The notes below the pieces were generated by a model. The model saw only the letters and a program-made list of their open reading frames with translations. It was not told the DNA's origin and did not search any database. 64,000 nt of DNA from Candidatus Bathyarchaeota archaeon (lineage in GTDB: Archaea; Thermoproteota; Bathyarchaeia; Bathyarchaeales; Bathycorpusculaceae): contig OY970176.1 in NCBI GenBank assembly GCA_963707955.1, positions 736,001 to 800,000 of the forward strand, written 5' to 3'. Positions within the stretch are counted from its first letter, which is position 1. Each line of letters opens with the position of its first letter. Position numbers and translations under genes: made by a program. Below are positions 1-10,474 of this stretch, in pieces.

Positions 1-288
1 TCCGCTTCAGCTGTCGTTTTTGATGTGTTAATGTTTGCAAACCATCATAAAATCCGGATTACACTAAACAGTTTGGCAATAACAGCGATTGTGACGATGG
101 TGTCCTCATACCTTGCGGGTGTTTTGATTGTATTGTTCGGTTTCGTGGGGGGAGGACTGCAATTTGCGCTCACTTTTTGGGGAGCATGGACTCTAGCTGG
201 TGGAATACTGGCGCTTGCGATAACATTACCTGTAATAATAGCTTTGGAAAAGGCAAATGTGAGGAAGATTAAAGGTGACCGAGATTAA
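1..288 (+). CDS. Membrane protein, 5'-truncated by the window edge (possibly ECF S-component-like)
   Basis: Frame is open from base 1; hydrophobic helices; stop overlaps the next gene. Confidence 0.6.
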   Translation, partial: SASAVVFDVLMFANHHKIRITLNSLAITAIVTMVSSYLAGVLIVLFGFVGGGLQFALTFWGAWTLAGGILALAITLPVIIALEKANVRKIKGDRD

Positions 289-712
289 GGAGACTCCATT
301 GCTGGTTGAAAATGCTGCCAAGCTCCATGGACACTTGGGACCTTTCCTTGTCATAGGAGTCCGCATGGGAGAACTGGCAAAGAGGCATCTGCAAGTTGAT
401 GACAAGACTAACTGTAGACTGAAAGCAAGCATCAAAACGCCTCTCATCACTCCATTCTCCTGCGTTATTGACGGAATACAAGCCTCGACCAGTTGCACAG
501 TTGGAAATCGAAAACTGAAAATTGAAAACTCGACGAAAGAAATAACTGCACACTTCAAACTTCAAGACTCGAAAAAAACAGTCAAGATTTCAGTCAATCC
601 TAAAATAGCTGAGACCTTGATATGCGAGATGTCAAAGGGAGCTAATGCTAAACACCTTGCCGCAAAGATCGCACGTATGAAAGAAGAGCAGCTCTTTGTA
701 TTAGAAGAATAA
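275..712 (+). CDS. FmdE-family protein (formylmethanofuran dehydrogenase subunit E region)
   Basis: LHGHLGP...GVRMG and SCVIDGIQ..T.CTVGN motifs. Confidence 0.85.
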   Translation: MTEIKETPLLVENAAKLHGHLGPFLVIGVRMGELAKRHLQVDDKTNCRLKASIKTPLITPFSCVIDGIQASTSCTVGNRKLKIENSTKEITAHFKLQDSKKTVKISVNPKIAETLICEMSKGANAKHLAAKIARMKEEQLFVLEE

Positions 713-927
713 GGATTGCTTGAAACAGTCGTTAGCGCACACTAAGAAGTTGAACTTGTTCTTGATGCAAAGCGGAATTGAACTTACGGGCGCGTTTCTT
801 TGAGCCTCCACCAGAATAGCCTCTTATAGCGCGCGCTGTGGTTCCACTATTATCGATAAATGTATCGCGCGCCACCAAAGAAATCAGTCTGACTTCAGAG
901 TAGAGCTTAGTCGGCAGAGACCATATC

Positions 928-2115
928 CTAAGATGCGTGTTTCTGTCTTGGAACATTCGAGAAAAGTATAGGAATAATCAACACAAAGGCAAGCACTGCC
1001 ATGAGTAGCCATGCAGGCGAGTATCCGTACTGTACTACCATGTAGGAGTAGATTAACGGAGGGACAAAATCGCCTGAGAGAGAGATGCTGTTCACCCAGC
1101 TTACAGACAGCGTTTCGTATTCCTTATCAAGTCTATTCGAGGCTCTCGCTGAGGAGAAGCCGAAAGTGAACCCGGCCCCAGAGGCGATGCCGACCATGAT
1201 CCCAGATAAGATGGCCGAATAGACTGTACCAAAGAACGCCACGCCTACCCCGATTGCCATTACGACGCCTGAGGCAAAGAGCAGCCGCTTTGTATCGTCA
1301 TACCTGTCAAACAGCCTCCCAGAGTAAGGAGCTGATGCGAACGCAAAGAGCGAGGCCAACGACGCGATTATTCCAGCTTCTCCAACTTTCATATGAGCCA
1401 CGCTCTCAAGGTAGTAGGCCATGAAATTGCTGTAAACCGTTGATCCTAGCTGGAGGCCCAACACTGCAATGGACAACACGATTAGCCATTTGTTCAGCAG
1501 AACGAGTCTCAGGTGGTGGGGTTCCACTTTGAAGTCCGAGCGTTGAGTATCCTTCGGAACCAGAAACCAGAGCAAGACAGACGTGAACAGGCCAAGCAAT
1601 CCGACTGCGGCCAAGCTGTTCCTCCAGCCGATCTCAGCTGCAAGCACTGCCCATCCAGCAAGCCCTAATGCACCTCCAAGACTGAAAGCTGAGTTATAAA
1701 GACCTACACCCAGGCCCTCAGATCCCTCTCGCAGAAACCTCGTCATCAGGATAACGCCTGGAGCGAACACGAAAGCCATGCCTAACCCGACGAAAAAACG
1801 AAGAACCGCTATCTCGGCCAGATTTCCCGCGAAAGCGGTCAACAGAGCAGCCAAGGAAGCGATAGTTGTCCCGTATATTGCTGTCCGTCGTGGACCAATT
1901 TTCGCTGCAAGAATTCCACCTGGCACCTGAAAAACTCCAATGCCGACGAAGAACGTTGCTGTTACCAAACCAAGACCAGAAACGTTCAGTTTCAGTTCAG
2001 ACGCCGTGAAGGAGAACACGGCGGCCAAACTGTACCAGTTCACTGCATAGACGACTCTACCCAAGATTAAGGAAGCGACTGCCGCACGGTTGACACCGCC
2101 TCTACGCGTGCTCAT
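928..2115 (-). CDS. MFS transporter
   Basis: About 12 hydrophobic segments; motif-A-like GILAAKIGPRR and GRLFDRY. Confidence 0.9.
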   Translation of the reverse strand: MSTRRGGVNRAAVASLILGRVVYAVNWYSLAAVFSFTASELKLNVSGLGLVTATFFVGIGVFQVPGGILAAKIGPRRTAIYGTTIASLAALLTAFAGNLAEIAVLRFFVGLGMAFVFAPGVILMTRFLREGSEGLGVGLYNSAFSLGGALGLAGWAVLAAEIGWRNSLAAVGLLGLFTSVLLWFLVPKDTQRSDFKVEPHHLRLVLLNKWLIVLSIAVLGLQLGSTVYSNFMAYYLESVAHMKVGEAGIIASLASLFAFASAPYSGRLFDRYDDTKRLLFASGVVMAIGVGVAFFGTVYSAILSGIMVGIASGAGFTFGFSSARASNRLDKEYETLSVSWVNSISLSGDFVPPLIYSYMVVQYGYSPAWLLMAVLAFVLIIPILFSNVPRQKHAS

Positions 2116-2208
2116 CAGCCTAAGCTCTCCTTGAGACGTCTGCAGACTCGTTCAGATCTGTGGACTCAAGGTCAAAACGGAGACATGTAAATCTTTTCGC
2201 AGCGCGCG

Positions 2209-3228
2209 CTACTCGAAAAGGCTGTTCTTTGGCTGAGCCACTGCAGAGATGCCCAATTGTTTGCGGATTTCTTTCGCTAGAGTTTCGCCGTAGTGGACGC
2301 GGAAGTTGTCGGTTATCACGAGTTTGGGTTTGGATAGGCGTACGTATTCGAGCAGTCCGTCGAAGTCTGAGTGGTCGCTTAGGGCCACTATGTATTCTCT
2401 TTCGTCGACTTGGCGTATTGGGGAGTAGAATTCCCAGCCGCTGACGCAGATGCGGAACTTGTCTAAGCTGGCTTTGTTTTTTGAGTGCATGTGGCTGAAG
2501 GTTATGCAAGGCGAGTTCTTTTCAAGCAGCTCAGTTGCCTCTTTTTCGGTTGACAACATTAGCTTTCCGAGTCGCATTCCGTGTTTTTCGCAGACTTGTG
2601 AGATGCGGAAGACGTTTTCAGGAGTGATGAAGGGGACGTTTACGTTGGCCTTGTGAAGGATCTCCATTACCTCTTGGAGTTTTCCGTGGTAGCCGAAGAT
2701 GCACACCGGTCCATGCCCTAGTGCTTTCTCCACTAGAGAGATTAGCGAGTCATGCACGTCTTTGTGAAATTTGCGTCTGCAGTGTGGGCTTCCGTAGGTG
2801 GCTTCGATGACGAGGATGTCTGAGCTGAGGATCGGGGTTTGGTCGATTCTGAAGTCGCCCGTGAATACAATTCGTTTTCCTTCCAGGTCCTCGACCATCA
2901 CTTGGGCCGCGCCCAGTATGTGGTCTGCCTTATGGAAGGTTATTCGTTCGTCTCCGCAGGTGATCGTTTGGCCGTAGTCTAACGCTTCGACGTGGCCTGC
3001 CATTAGGTAGAATGGTCCGCGCATCGCGTCGATCAGGTCTTTCGTGGCCTTTGTCATCAATACGTTTCTGGACTTCTTGAGGCTCTGTTGCAGGCCAGTC
3101 ATGTGGTCAGCGTGGGCGTGGGTCACGACGCGCACTGGTCGAGTCTCTTCGAAGGCGTCGCACGCAACGTTGTCGCCGAGAAGTACGGCGCCTCTTTCGG
3201 TTATTGATGCTTTTTCTGACACGCCCAT
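2209..3228 (-). CDS. MBL-fold (beta-CASP-like) nuclease
   Basis: THAHADH, HILG, FTGDF, EATYG and SDHSDF motifs. Confidence 0.9.
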   Translation of the reverse strand: MGVSEKASITERGAVLLGDNVACDAFEETRPVRVVTHAHADHMTGLQQSLKKSRNVLMTKATKDLIDAMRGPFYLMAGHVEALDYGQTITCGDERITFHKADHILGAAQVMVEDLEGKRIVFTGDFRIDQTPILSSDILVIEATYGSPHCRRKFHKDVHDSLISLVEKALGHGPVCIFGYHGKLQEVMEILHKANVNVPFITPENVFRISQVCEKHGMRLGKLMLSTEKEATELLEKNSPCITFSHMHSKNKASLDKFRICVSGWEFYSPIRQVDEREYIVALSDHSDFDGLLEYVRLSKPKLVITDNFRVHYGETLAKEIRKQLGISAVAQPKNSLFE

Positions 3229-3243
3229 ATCGCCCCCTTGTCT

Positions 3244-3645
3244 TCATGGATTCATTGCGGTGAGCCAGTCAACGACTTGTCGGGGGTTCTCGGACTTTAT
3301 TTTCACTTTTATCGGTCCTAGCGGAGACTCGGCTACTTCTTGTGAGAAAGAGACGTGGCCTGCGTATGCTACCTGTTTGTTGAGGCAGAAGTTGACGCTT
3401 GTTCTTTCTAATCCTTGGAGGAACACTGCCCGTGCTGCGGCGCGGATGTGTTCTCTTTGCAGTATGTTGTGAAACTTGGCGAGCGCTTCTTGTCCGGCTG
3501 CTTCTGCGAGTAAAAGGTTGCCTTTGTGCAACGTCTTTGTCTGCATGTTCATTGCTCCAAAAATCTTTTCAACTGCCTCTTTCACTTTCTGTTCGGATTC
3601 CGTTGGGTTGACCTCGACCTCGATGTGGACGCTTACTTCCTCCAT
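3244..3645 (-). CDS. DUF54/UPF0201 RNA-binding protein
   Basis: VNPTE..KV..AV, LNKQVAYAG and SPLGPI motifs. Confidence 0.88.
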   Translation of the reverse strand: MEEVSVHIEVEVNPTESEQKVKEAVEKIFGAMNMQTKTLHKGNLLLAEAAGQEALAKFHNILQREHIRAAARAVFLQGLERTSVNFCLNKQVAYAGHVSFSQEVAESPLGPIKVKIKSENPRQVVDWLTAMNP

Positions 3646-4202
3646 TTGTTCTCAACTTTCTCCAAGATTCTTCTAATTCTTCCCTTCACAACGTCGAAAG
3701 GTTCCTCGTTTACAACCATCTCTTCGGCCATGGCTATGGCGCTGCCCAAACCTACGCTCAACTCTCGCGTGTCTCTTTCAATGAAGACCTTCCATTGGCT
3801 TGCGTCGTCGCTTCTGCGGCGGTGGTACAGGCGCTGGAATCGTGTATCGGGAGAAGCATGGATGGCGATCAGGCTGAATATTGGGTAGTGTTTTTTGAAT
3901 TCTTCGATTTCATCTAGGCTTCTTATTCCGTCCACGATCACTTTCTGTCCCTCTATGCTGGCTATTCTTGGAACGCATCTCTTCGCTATGACCGCGCTCC
4001 CTTCTTTCTGTCTCAGCTCAAGCATCACTCTTCCGATGTTTTCAGGCGTCGGTTGCAGATTTCTCTTTTTTGTTTCCTCTCTGACAACGTCACCCATTGC
4101 GACCGCTTCGTAGCCTTTTTCTTTCTGCGCGAGTTCAACAACTAGGGATTTGCCCGACCCAGGCATTCCTGCGACACCTAGGACAAGCTTATCCTCTGTC
4201 AT
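3633..4202 (-). CDS. UPF0200 nucleoside-monophosphate / dephospho-CoA kinase-like P-loop protein
   Basis: GMPGSGKS P-loop; MGDVVRE; VDGIRS; RD.REL; usual neighbour of DUF54. Confidence 0.85.
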   Translation of the reverse strand: MTEDKLVLGVAGMPGSGKSLVVELAQKEKGYEAVAMGDVVREETKKRNLQPTPENIGRVMLELRQKEGSAVIAKRCVPRIASIEGQKVIVDGIRSLDEIEEFKKHYPIFSLIAIHASPDTRFQRLYHRRRSDDASQWKVFIERDTRELSVGLGSAIAMAEEMVVNEEPFDVVKGRIRRILEKVENKWRK

Positions 4203-4301
4203 GTTTTCCTTTCACCGCAGTTTTTCTTTTGACAGATAGTTTTTTACACGTTAAAAGCGTTTATGAAATGAATGAGGCAAAAACGCGCGGGAGTAGTAGG
4301 C

Positions 4302-4871
4302 ATGGTTGAGATGGTTAGATGTTTTGTGGCTTTCGACATTGATAGTGAAGCCGTTAAGAAGAAATTGACTGAAGTTCAGACGTTGCTGGTTAAGACAGGG
4401 GCCGACTTAAAGGTTGTTGAACCTGCAAATATTCACATAACGATGCGGTTCTTAGGCGACGTGAGGTCGGATTCTGTTGAGAAGATTTTTGAGGCTATGA
4501 AGAAGGCGTTGTTTGCTCCTTTCGACGTGAAGATTCAAGGTGTCGGTGCTTTTCCAGACGTGCGCTACCCACGTGTCGTGTGGGCAGGAATAACTCAGGG
4601 GGCCAACGATCTGCGGAGCATTTCGAGTCAGTTGGAGCCTCACTTACAGGCTTTGGGGTTTGCGCCTGACCCTAAGGGTTTCAGTCCGCACTTGACGATT
4701 GCGCGGGTCAGGAGCGCACGGAACAAGGCGGAACTCGCTAAATTCGTGAACGAAAACGTGGGTTTTGAGTTTGGTGTGGTCAGGGCGGCGTGTTTGAGGT
4801 TGAAAAAGAGTGTCTTAACGCCGACAGGACCCATTTATTCGACTCTCAAAGAGGTTTGTCCGCAGGGATGA
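4302..4871 (+). CDS. thpR: RNA 2',3'-cyclic phosphodiesterase (2H family)
   Basis: Two HxT motifs (HITMRFLG, PHLTIAR); start placed at the ATG before RCFVAFD. Confidence 0.92.
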   Translation: MVEMVRCFVAFDIDSEAVKKKLTEVQTLLVKTGADLKVVEPANIHITMRFLGDVRSDSVEKIFEAMKKALFAPFDVKIQGVGAFPDVRYPRVVWAGITQGANDLRSISSQLEPHLQALGFAPDPKGFSPHLTIARVRSARNKAELAKFVNENVGFEFGVVRAACLRLKKSVLTPTGPIYSTLKEVCPQG

Positions 4872-6319
4872 ACAAAAGAGATCTGTCGATGCAGGACGAG
4901 ATGCGAAGAGTCCTTGCAACCGTTTTGAAGCGGGTCACGCCGAAAACGGATGAACGAGCCAAGATAGGGGCCCTAGCTAGGAAGCTTGAAAGGAAAGTTA
5001 CATCAGCCTCGAAACAGTTGGGCGTTAGGGCCAAGGTGCGCGTGGAAGGCTCTGTTGCCAAGGACACGTGGCTGAGCGGTGAGCCGGACGTAGACGTTTT
5101 CATGCGTGTTCCAGCGTCGATTCCCCGCGAGTCTTTAGGCGAGGTTTGCCTGAAAGTAGCCAAGGAGGCAACAAAGGGTTCGGAGCAGATTGAACGGTTC
5201 GCTGAGCATCCGTACCTTGAGGCTTTTGTTGATGGCACAAGAGTGAACGTTGTGCCCTGCTACGCTGCAAAACGCGGGGAATGGTTGAGCGCCACGGATA
5301 GGACGCCCTTTCACTCGGACTACATCAACAAGAATCTGGACGTGAAGATGCGGGGTCAGGTGCGACTGCTGAAGAAGTTCATGAAGGGCATTGGCGTTTA
5401 CGGCGCTGAGATCAAGGTCGGCGGCTTCAGCGGCTACTTGTGCGAGCTCCTAGTCCTACACTACGGGTCCTTCTTGGACGCTGTCGAGGCGTTTGCGAAG
5501 CACAAACAAAGAATGATCATCGACATTGAAGGCTTCTACGGGAACAGGCAGAGGGAGGTTGACCTCTTGTTCGATGATCCTTTGGTGGTTGTTGACCCTG
5601 TTGATAAAGCGAGAAACGTCGCTTCTGCGGTGCGCAAGCAGAACCTTTACACCTTCATAGCCGCCGCGCAGGCGTTCGTGAAAAGGCCGAGCTTGAACTT
5701 CTTCTATCCACCCGCGACGATTCCCTTGAATGCAGGCAAGATGAGGGAGGAGTTGAAGAAGCGTCGTCGGGGGCCAACGACTGTCTTCGTCGCGTTTGGA
5801 AGGGTCGACGCTGTGCCAGACATCCTGTGGGGTCAGCTCTACAAGTCCCTTCGTTCAATGCACAAGCTTGTTGGCCTGAGCGACTTTTCGCTTCTGAGAG
5901 ATTTTGCTTGGAGCGATGAGAAGGATTTGAACGTCTTTGGCTTTGAGCTTGAACACTGCTGCATCCCAGAGGTTAAAAAGCATCTGGGGCCGCCTCTTGA
6001 GAAAGAGAGTGAGTGTGAAAAGTTTCTGTTGAAGCATCAGAACGCGTCAAGAACGGTTTCGGGGCCTTACGTAGAGGACGGCCGCTGGGTCGTGCAGGTT
6101 CGAAGAAACTATACAGACGCTTGTGCGTTGCTTCGTGAAAAACTGAAGGATGGCGGGAAGAATGCCGGAGTAGCCGAGGGGATTTCGTACGTGTTGAAGA
6201 AAGGTTTCAGAGTGTTTGTGAACGAAGAGGTTGTTAAGGTTTATGAGAAGAATAACGAGTTTGCTGAGTTTCTGACTGATTTTCTTTCGGGCAAGCCTAA
6301 GTGGCTGGAAGCCGCTTGA
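4868..6319 (+). CDS. cca: Archaeal class I CCA-adding enzyme
   Basis: GSVAKDTW..DVDVF, AEHPY, DRTPFH and GFSGYLCELL; ATGA overlap with thpR. Confidence 0.95.
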   Translation: MNKRDLSMQDEMRRVLATVLKRVTPKTDERAKIGALARKLERKVTSASKQLGVRAKVRVEGSVAKDTWLSGEPDVDVFMRVPASIPRESLGEVCLKVAKEATKGSEQIERFAEHPYLEAFVDGTRVNVVPCYAAKRGEWLSATDRTPFHSDYINKNLDVKMRGQVRLLKKFMKGIGVYGAEIKVGGFSGYLCELLVLHYGSFLDAVEAFAKHKQRMIIDIEGFYGNRQREVDLLFDDPLVVVDPVDKARNVASAVRKQNLYTFIAAAQAFVKRPSLNFFYPPATIPLNAGKMREELKKRRRGPTTVFVAFGRVDAVPDILWGQLYKSLRSMHKLVGLSDFSLLRDFAWSDEKDLNVFGFELEHCCIPEVKKHLGPPLEKESECEKFLLKHQNASRTVSGPYVEDGRWVVQVRRNYTDACALLREKLKDGGKNAGVAEGISYVLKKGFRVFVNEEVVKVYEKNNEFAEFLTDFLSGKPKWLEAA

Positions 6320-6390
6320 AGATGCTCGTATCAACGAGGCTCCCAGCGGTCAAGTGTAAAATGCGAAGATATAGAACTTTTTTGTTGCCA

Positions 6391-6747
6391 CTACGTTATT
6401 GCTACTTGTCTAGTATAATGCCGAAGAAGCTGCGCCACTTTCACGCCTATCGGAAGCCCGAGAAGCAGACTTTTGAGGCTGACCGCATGGTAATGAGCAG
6501 TAATGGACTCCAGGTTCTTCGTTTCTTCAAGCCAAATACTGAAACCGGCAACTTCCCTCGCGACCTCTGCCTCCAGTTTTCTCTTAGTCTCTGTATCGGC
6601 CATTTCATAGTTGGCCCTGCGCGTTCTGATTGTCTCCATGATTTTTCGTCTGCTATACTCCTCGTAGAGTCCGAAGCTTTCGGGCTGTCTCTTCCAAGTG
6701 TCACGTGTCGCTAGCTCGGCTGTGAGTTCTTCATTCTTCGATTGCAT
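6391..6747 (-). CDS. Hypothetical protein
   Basis: Helical 118-aa ORF filling the gap between cca and uppP. Confidence 0.6.
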   Translation of the reverse strand: MQSKNEELTAELATRDTWKRQPESFGLYEEYSRRKIMETIRTRRANYEMADTETKRKLEAEVAREVAGFSIWLEETKNLESITAHYHAVSLKSLLLGLPIGVKVAQLLRHYTRQVAIT

Positions 6748-6832
6748 GTGGAAAGCTTTCTGGCTGCAGAATATCTTGCTTGTGAAAGCTCTATTCAGAT
6801 TCAGAATTCACACAAGACCCATGAACACTTGG

Positions 6833-7645
6833 TCAGAAGCCGCTCAGTGTGAGAGCTATCAGAGCTATGCCTAGTAGCCATGTGTAGAATGCGAAGTAAT
6901 GGAATCTCTTTGTTCTCACCAAGTTTGAAACGAGTCTTATCGCTATGTAGCCTACTATGGCTGCAAAGACCATTCCGGCTGTAAGCTCAACGGGACCTAT
7001 GGTTGTAAGTGCCAATTGGCCGCGTTGCAGGTAGGCCTCGACTATTAGGTCTCCGATTACGGCTGGGATTGAGAGTATGAAAGAGAACCTGAACGCTTTT
7101 TCCCTTTTCAATCCGAGGAGCAACGCGGTCGAGATGGTCATTCCGCTTCTTGAAAGGCCTGCGAAGGATGCAAGACCTTGAGCCGTGCCCATAAGCAGGG
7201 CTATCGAGACGGTTATGACGTCGGTGTTCTCTTTTCCGATTCTAGAGGTGTAAAGCCAAGTTGCGCCTATTATGAAGGCTATCCCAATGGCCAAGAACAT
7301 GATGAAAGTGTTTGCTTCAAAATACGGTTCGAGGAATTTCGCGTACAATAGACCGATTATTCCTGTAGGAATGGTTGCAACCACTATTAGAGGTATTAGA
7401 TGGCCATATTCTGACTTGAAGTCAAGGCGTGCTAGTGCAGAGAGTATGTTTTTGACGTCCTTTCTGAAGTAGAAGATGACCACGGCGAGTGTTCCAACAT
7501 GCAGTGCAACATCGAAGAGCGGCGTAGCCGGAAACGCAAGCAGTTGTTGAGCTATTTTGAGGTGCGCAGTGCTTGATATGGGAAGCCACTCAGCGAGACC
7601 CTGAATTATTCCCAAGATAATGGTTTTGACCAACTGTTCAAGCAT
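6833..7645 (-). CDS. uppP: Undecaprenyl-diphosphate phosphatase (BacA/UppP)
   Basis: QGLAEWLPISSTAH, LHVGT and GLSRSG motifs. Confidence 0.93.
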   Translation of the reverse strand: MLEQLVKTIILGIIQGLAEWLPISSTAHLKIAQQLLAFPATPLFDVALHVGTLAVVIFYFRKDVKNILSALARLDFKSEYGHLIPLIVVATIPTGIIGLLYAKFLEPYFEANTFIMFLAIGIAFIIGATWLYTSRIGKENTDVITVSIALLMGTAQGLASFAGLSRSGMTISTALLLGLKREKAFRFSFILSIPAVIGDLIVEAYLQRGQLALTTIGPVELTAGMVFAAIVGYIAIRLVSNLVRTKRFHYFAFYTWLLGIALIALTLSGF

Positions 7646-7711
7646 GAGCAGCGTCTCTTCGTTTTAAGTTTGAAAGATTAAATAACGAAGCTTATTAATC
7701 CTTTACCGCGG

Positions 7712-8260
7712 GTGCAACGTGTGAGCGGCTATCCGGCTGGAAGCGCTGAAGACCGAGAAATGCTGAAGAAGATGCCTGCGGAGAAACTCCTAGACTATTT
7801 CTTTCTACAGATACGAAACCTCTGGAGAGTTGACGGATTATACTTCCTAGGCATTGAGAAGAAGTTTGGCACAGAAGCCGCAACCGAGGTTGACGCCGGA
7901 GTCTGGGAGGCCATGGCAGAGATTGAAGCAAAGAGTCTCCAACGCATGTTTGATGTAGGCGAAAACCCTGATGTTACAACGATAATGAACCTATTGCATA
8001 GATCAAGCTGGGCTCTAGACCAGCCGTTCAAAACGATCGAAACGGGCAGCAAACGAGCAGTTTTGGGCATAGGCCGCTGCAGAACGCAGGAAGCACGGTT
8101 GAGCAAGGGCCTCGACGAGTTTCCGTGCAAGAAGGTACGGTTCGGCTACTTGAAGAACTTTGCGACGACGTTAAATCCCAACGTGAAAGTGAACTGTCTG
8201 AGATGCCCGCCTGACAAGCATCCAAAAGACGCATGGTGCAAATGGGAATTTACACTATGA
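7712..8260 (+). CDS. DUF6125-like protein (Cys-containing V4R/ATC-hydrolase-like fold)
   Basis: W.VDGLYF, CRTQEAR..KGL..FPCK and CPPD.HP...WC.WEF; start uncertain. Confidence 0.75.
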   Translation: MQRVSGYPAGSAEDREMLKKMPAEKLLDYFFLQIRNLWRVDGLYFLGIEKKFGTEAATEVDAGVWEAMAEIEAKSLQRMFDVGENPDVTTIMNLLHRSSWALDQPFKTIETGSKRAVLGIGRCRTQEARLSKGLDEFPCKKVRFGYLKNFATTLNPNVKVNCLRCPPDKHPKDAWCKWEFTL

Positions 8261-8369
8261 TTTGGAGCTTACGTAATGTTTTTGTTTTACATCGGTAGCG
8301 TTGATGGAAGCGATTTCCGAGGTTGTAATACTTTTAAAGTTGAACAAAGAGAGTTTAGCATGGGCCGTT

Positions 8370-8639
8370 ATGCTACGGTTAAAATGCAAGAAGTGCGGAA
8401 ACGTCTTCGAACAGGGTCTTTCAGCAGGAGTGGTCTTAGGACCACACCTTGGACCTTATAAGATGGTCAAGTGTCCCGCATGTGGGAAGACCAGTTTCTT
8501 CAACGTGTACTCTTCTGTGAAGGACCCGGTCACGTGGCCTCCACAGGAGAAGAAATTGGAACAGCCCTCTGAATCGCAGTTGACGGAGGAAGAGATGGAG
8601 AGAAAGCGGATTGAAGAGTCAAAATACGAAAGAACCTGA
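8370..8639 (+). CDS. Small zinc-ribbon protein
   Basis: CKKCG and CPACG pairs; directly upstream of the ABC operon. Confidence 0.7.
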   Translation: MLRLKCKKCGNVFEQGLSAGVVLGPHLGPYKMVKCPACGKTSFFNVYSSVKDPVTWPPQEKKLEQPSESQLTEEEMERKRIEESKYERT

Positions 8640-8662
8640 TCCTCTAGGGATGGCGAAACAGT

Positions 8663-9592
8663 ATGATCGACACCGAGAACCTCACCAGAAGATTCGGCAA
8701 TCTGACCGCTGTTGAAGATGTCACTCTGCACGTTGACAAAGGAGAGGTTTTCGGGTTTCTTGGACCAAACGCGGCTGGAAAAACCACGACTGTTAGGATG
8801 CTCTGTTGCCTGATTTCAAAGACGAATGGCAAAGCACGAATAGGCGACTATGAAATTGACAGAGAAGAAGACTGCCTGGCGATAAGAAAGATGGTGGGGT
8901 TGCTGCCTGAGAACGTGGGTCTGTATGACAGCTTAAGCGTCTACAAGAACCTCGATTTCTACGGAAGACTCTACGAAGTTTCTGCTGAAAAGAGGCGTGA
9001 GAACATAGACCGCTTGCTACGGCTTCTAGGTATCTGGGAGAGAAGAGACGACGCTGTCGGAACCTTTTCAAAGGGCATGAAGCAGAAGACCGCGATTGCA
9101 CGAGCTTTAATTCACGATCCTGAAGTGCTGTTCTTAGATGAGCCCACTGCAAACCTGGACCCCGAGGCATCCAAGACCGTGAGGGATTTCATTCTTGAAC
9201 TGAAAAAGGAGAAGCGAACCATCTTCATGAACACGCACAATCTGGACGAGGCGGAAAGACTGTGCGATCGAATAGGCATACTGAAGACGAGATTAATCGC
9301 TGTGGATTCGCCGACGAACCTGGAGAGAAGCATGCATGACCGGAGAACAGTGGTTCACTTGGAAAGCGTTGATGAAACGATTTTAGCTGCCGTCAAAAAG
9401 CTCAGCGCGGTTAAGAACGTGCGAATCAACGATAATAGGTTAATTCTCGATGTGGACAACCCGGAGAAGGACAATCCGCAATTGGTCAGAGCGATCGTTA
9501 AGGCAGGGGGGAACGTGCGATTCGTCACTGAGCTTCGGTCAACACTTGAGGACGTCTACTTAAAGCTCATTCGAGAGGCTGAGACCAAATGA
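8663..9592 (+). CDS. ABC-2 type exporter, ATP-binding subunit
   Basis: GPNAAGKTT, FSKGMKQ and LDEPT. Confidence 0.93.
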   Translation: MIDTENLTRRFGNLTAVEDVTLHVDKGEVFGFLGPNAAGKTTTVRMLCCLISKTNGKARIGDYEIDREEDCLAIRKMVGLLPENVGLYDSLSVYKNLDFYGRLYEVSAEKRRENIDRLLRLLGIWERRDDAVGTFSKGMKQKTAIARALIHDPEVLFLDEPTANLDPEASKTVRDFILELKKEKRTIFMNTHNLDEAERLCDRIGILKTRLIAVDSPTNLERSMHDRRTVVHLESVDETILAAVKKLSAVKNVRINDNRLILDVDNPEKDNPQLVRAIVKAGGNVRFVTELRSTLEDVYLKLIREAETK

Positions 9593-10341
9593 GACTCTGG
9601 AAATCGTGGACCGTTGCCACAAAGGACCTCAGCGTCTTTAGGAAGAATAAGTACATCCTTTACTCCCTGATCGCTCTGCCCTTCTTGCTCGGTCTGTTGA
9701 TCCCCACGATAATCTTGTTCTCATTACAGTCTCAGATTCCCTCAACTAGCCAAACTTCGTTATTGGAAGCATCTACTATTTACATAAACACGGCGTCCGG
9801 ATATTTTGTCCTCGTGGCAGCAATCCTTCCAACGATAATTGCTTCCTACAGCTTTGTGGGCGAAAAAATTGAGAAGAGCCTTGAACCTTTGTTGGCTACA
9901 CCGACGACTGATGGCGAGTTACTGTTCGGCAAGAGTCTCGCTGCGTTCCTTCCCTGCATCGGGGCAACCTACGTTGGGGGAGCGATTTTCGTGACTCTGG
10001 TAGACGTTTGGTCCTTCATCAATTTTAGAAGTTTTCTGCTTCCAAACCCGTACTGGGCAGTAATAACTGGGATCGTGACGCCTCTGGCGTGCATCCTGAG
10101 CGTTGAAGCCAACGTGATAATATCTTCAAGAGTGAACGACGTAAGAGCAGCCCAACAGTTGGGTGGACTCGTCATTCTCCCGTTGATACTCGTAGTGATC
10201 CTTGCTTCGACCAACTCGGCAATCCCGAACAGTTCACTCGCCTTGATTGTCTCAGGCGCATTGGCCGCCGCAGATCTCGCATTGTTCTACTTGAGTAAAG
10301 CAACTTTTCAGAGGGAAGAAATACTCACAAAATGGAAGTGA
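9589..10341 (+). CDS. ABC-2 type exporter, permease
   Basis: SFVGEK..KSLEPLLATP; about six TM helices; ATGA overlap. Confidence 0.9.
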   Translation: MRLWKSWTVATKDLSVFRKNKYILYSLIALPFLLGLLIPTIILFSLQSQIPSTSQTSLLEASTIYINTASGYFVLVAAILPTIIASYSFVGEKIEKSLEPLLATPTTDGELLFGKSLAAFLPCIGATYVGGAIFVTLVDVWSFINFRSFLLPNPYWAVITGIVTPLACILSVEANVIISSRVNDVRAAQQLGGLVILPLILVVILASTNSAIPNSSLALIVSGALAAADLALFYLSKATFQREEILTKWK

Positions 10342-10474
10342 CTGCCAGAATTCTCAAACTATTATTACGCTTTGACCCAATGTTTTTTTGAACTGCCGGT
10401 ATCACTTTCTTTTTCCGAACAGCACGCGCGAAACACTAGCCATTTTGCGTGAGTTGTCAAAGGAAAGGCCCGAG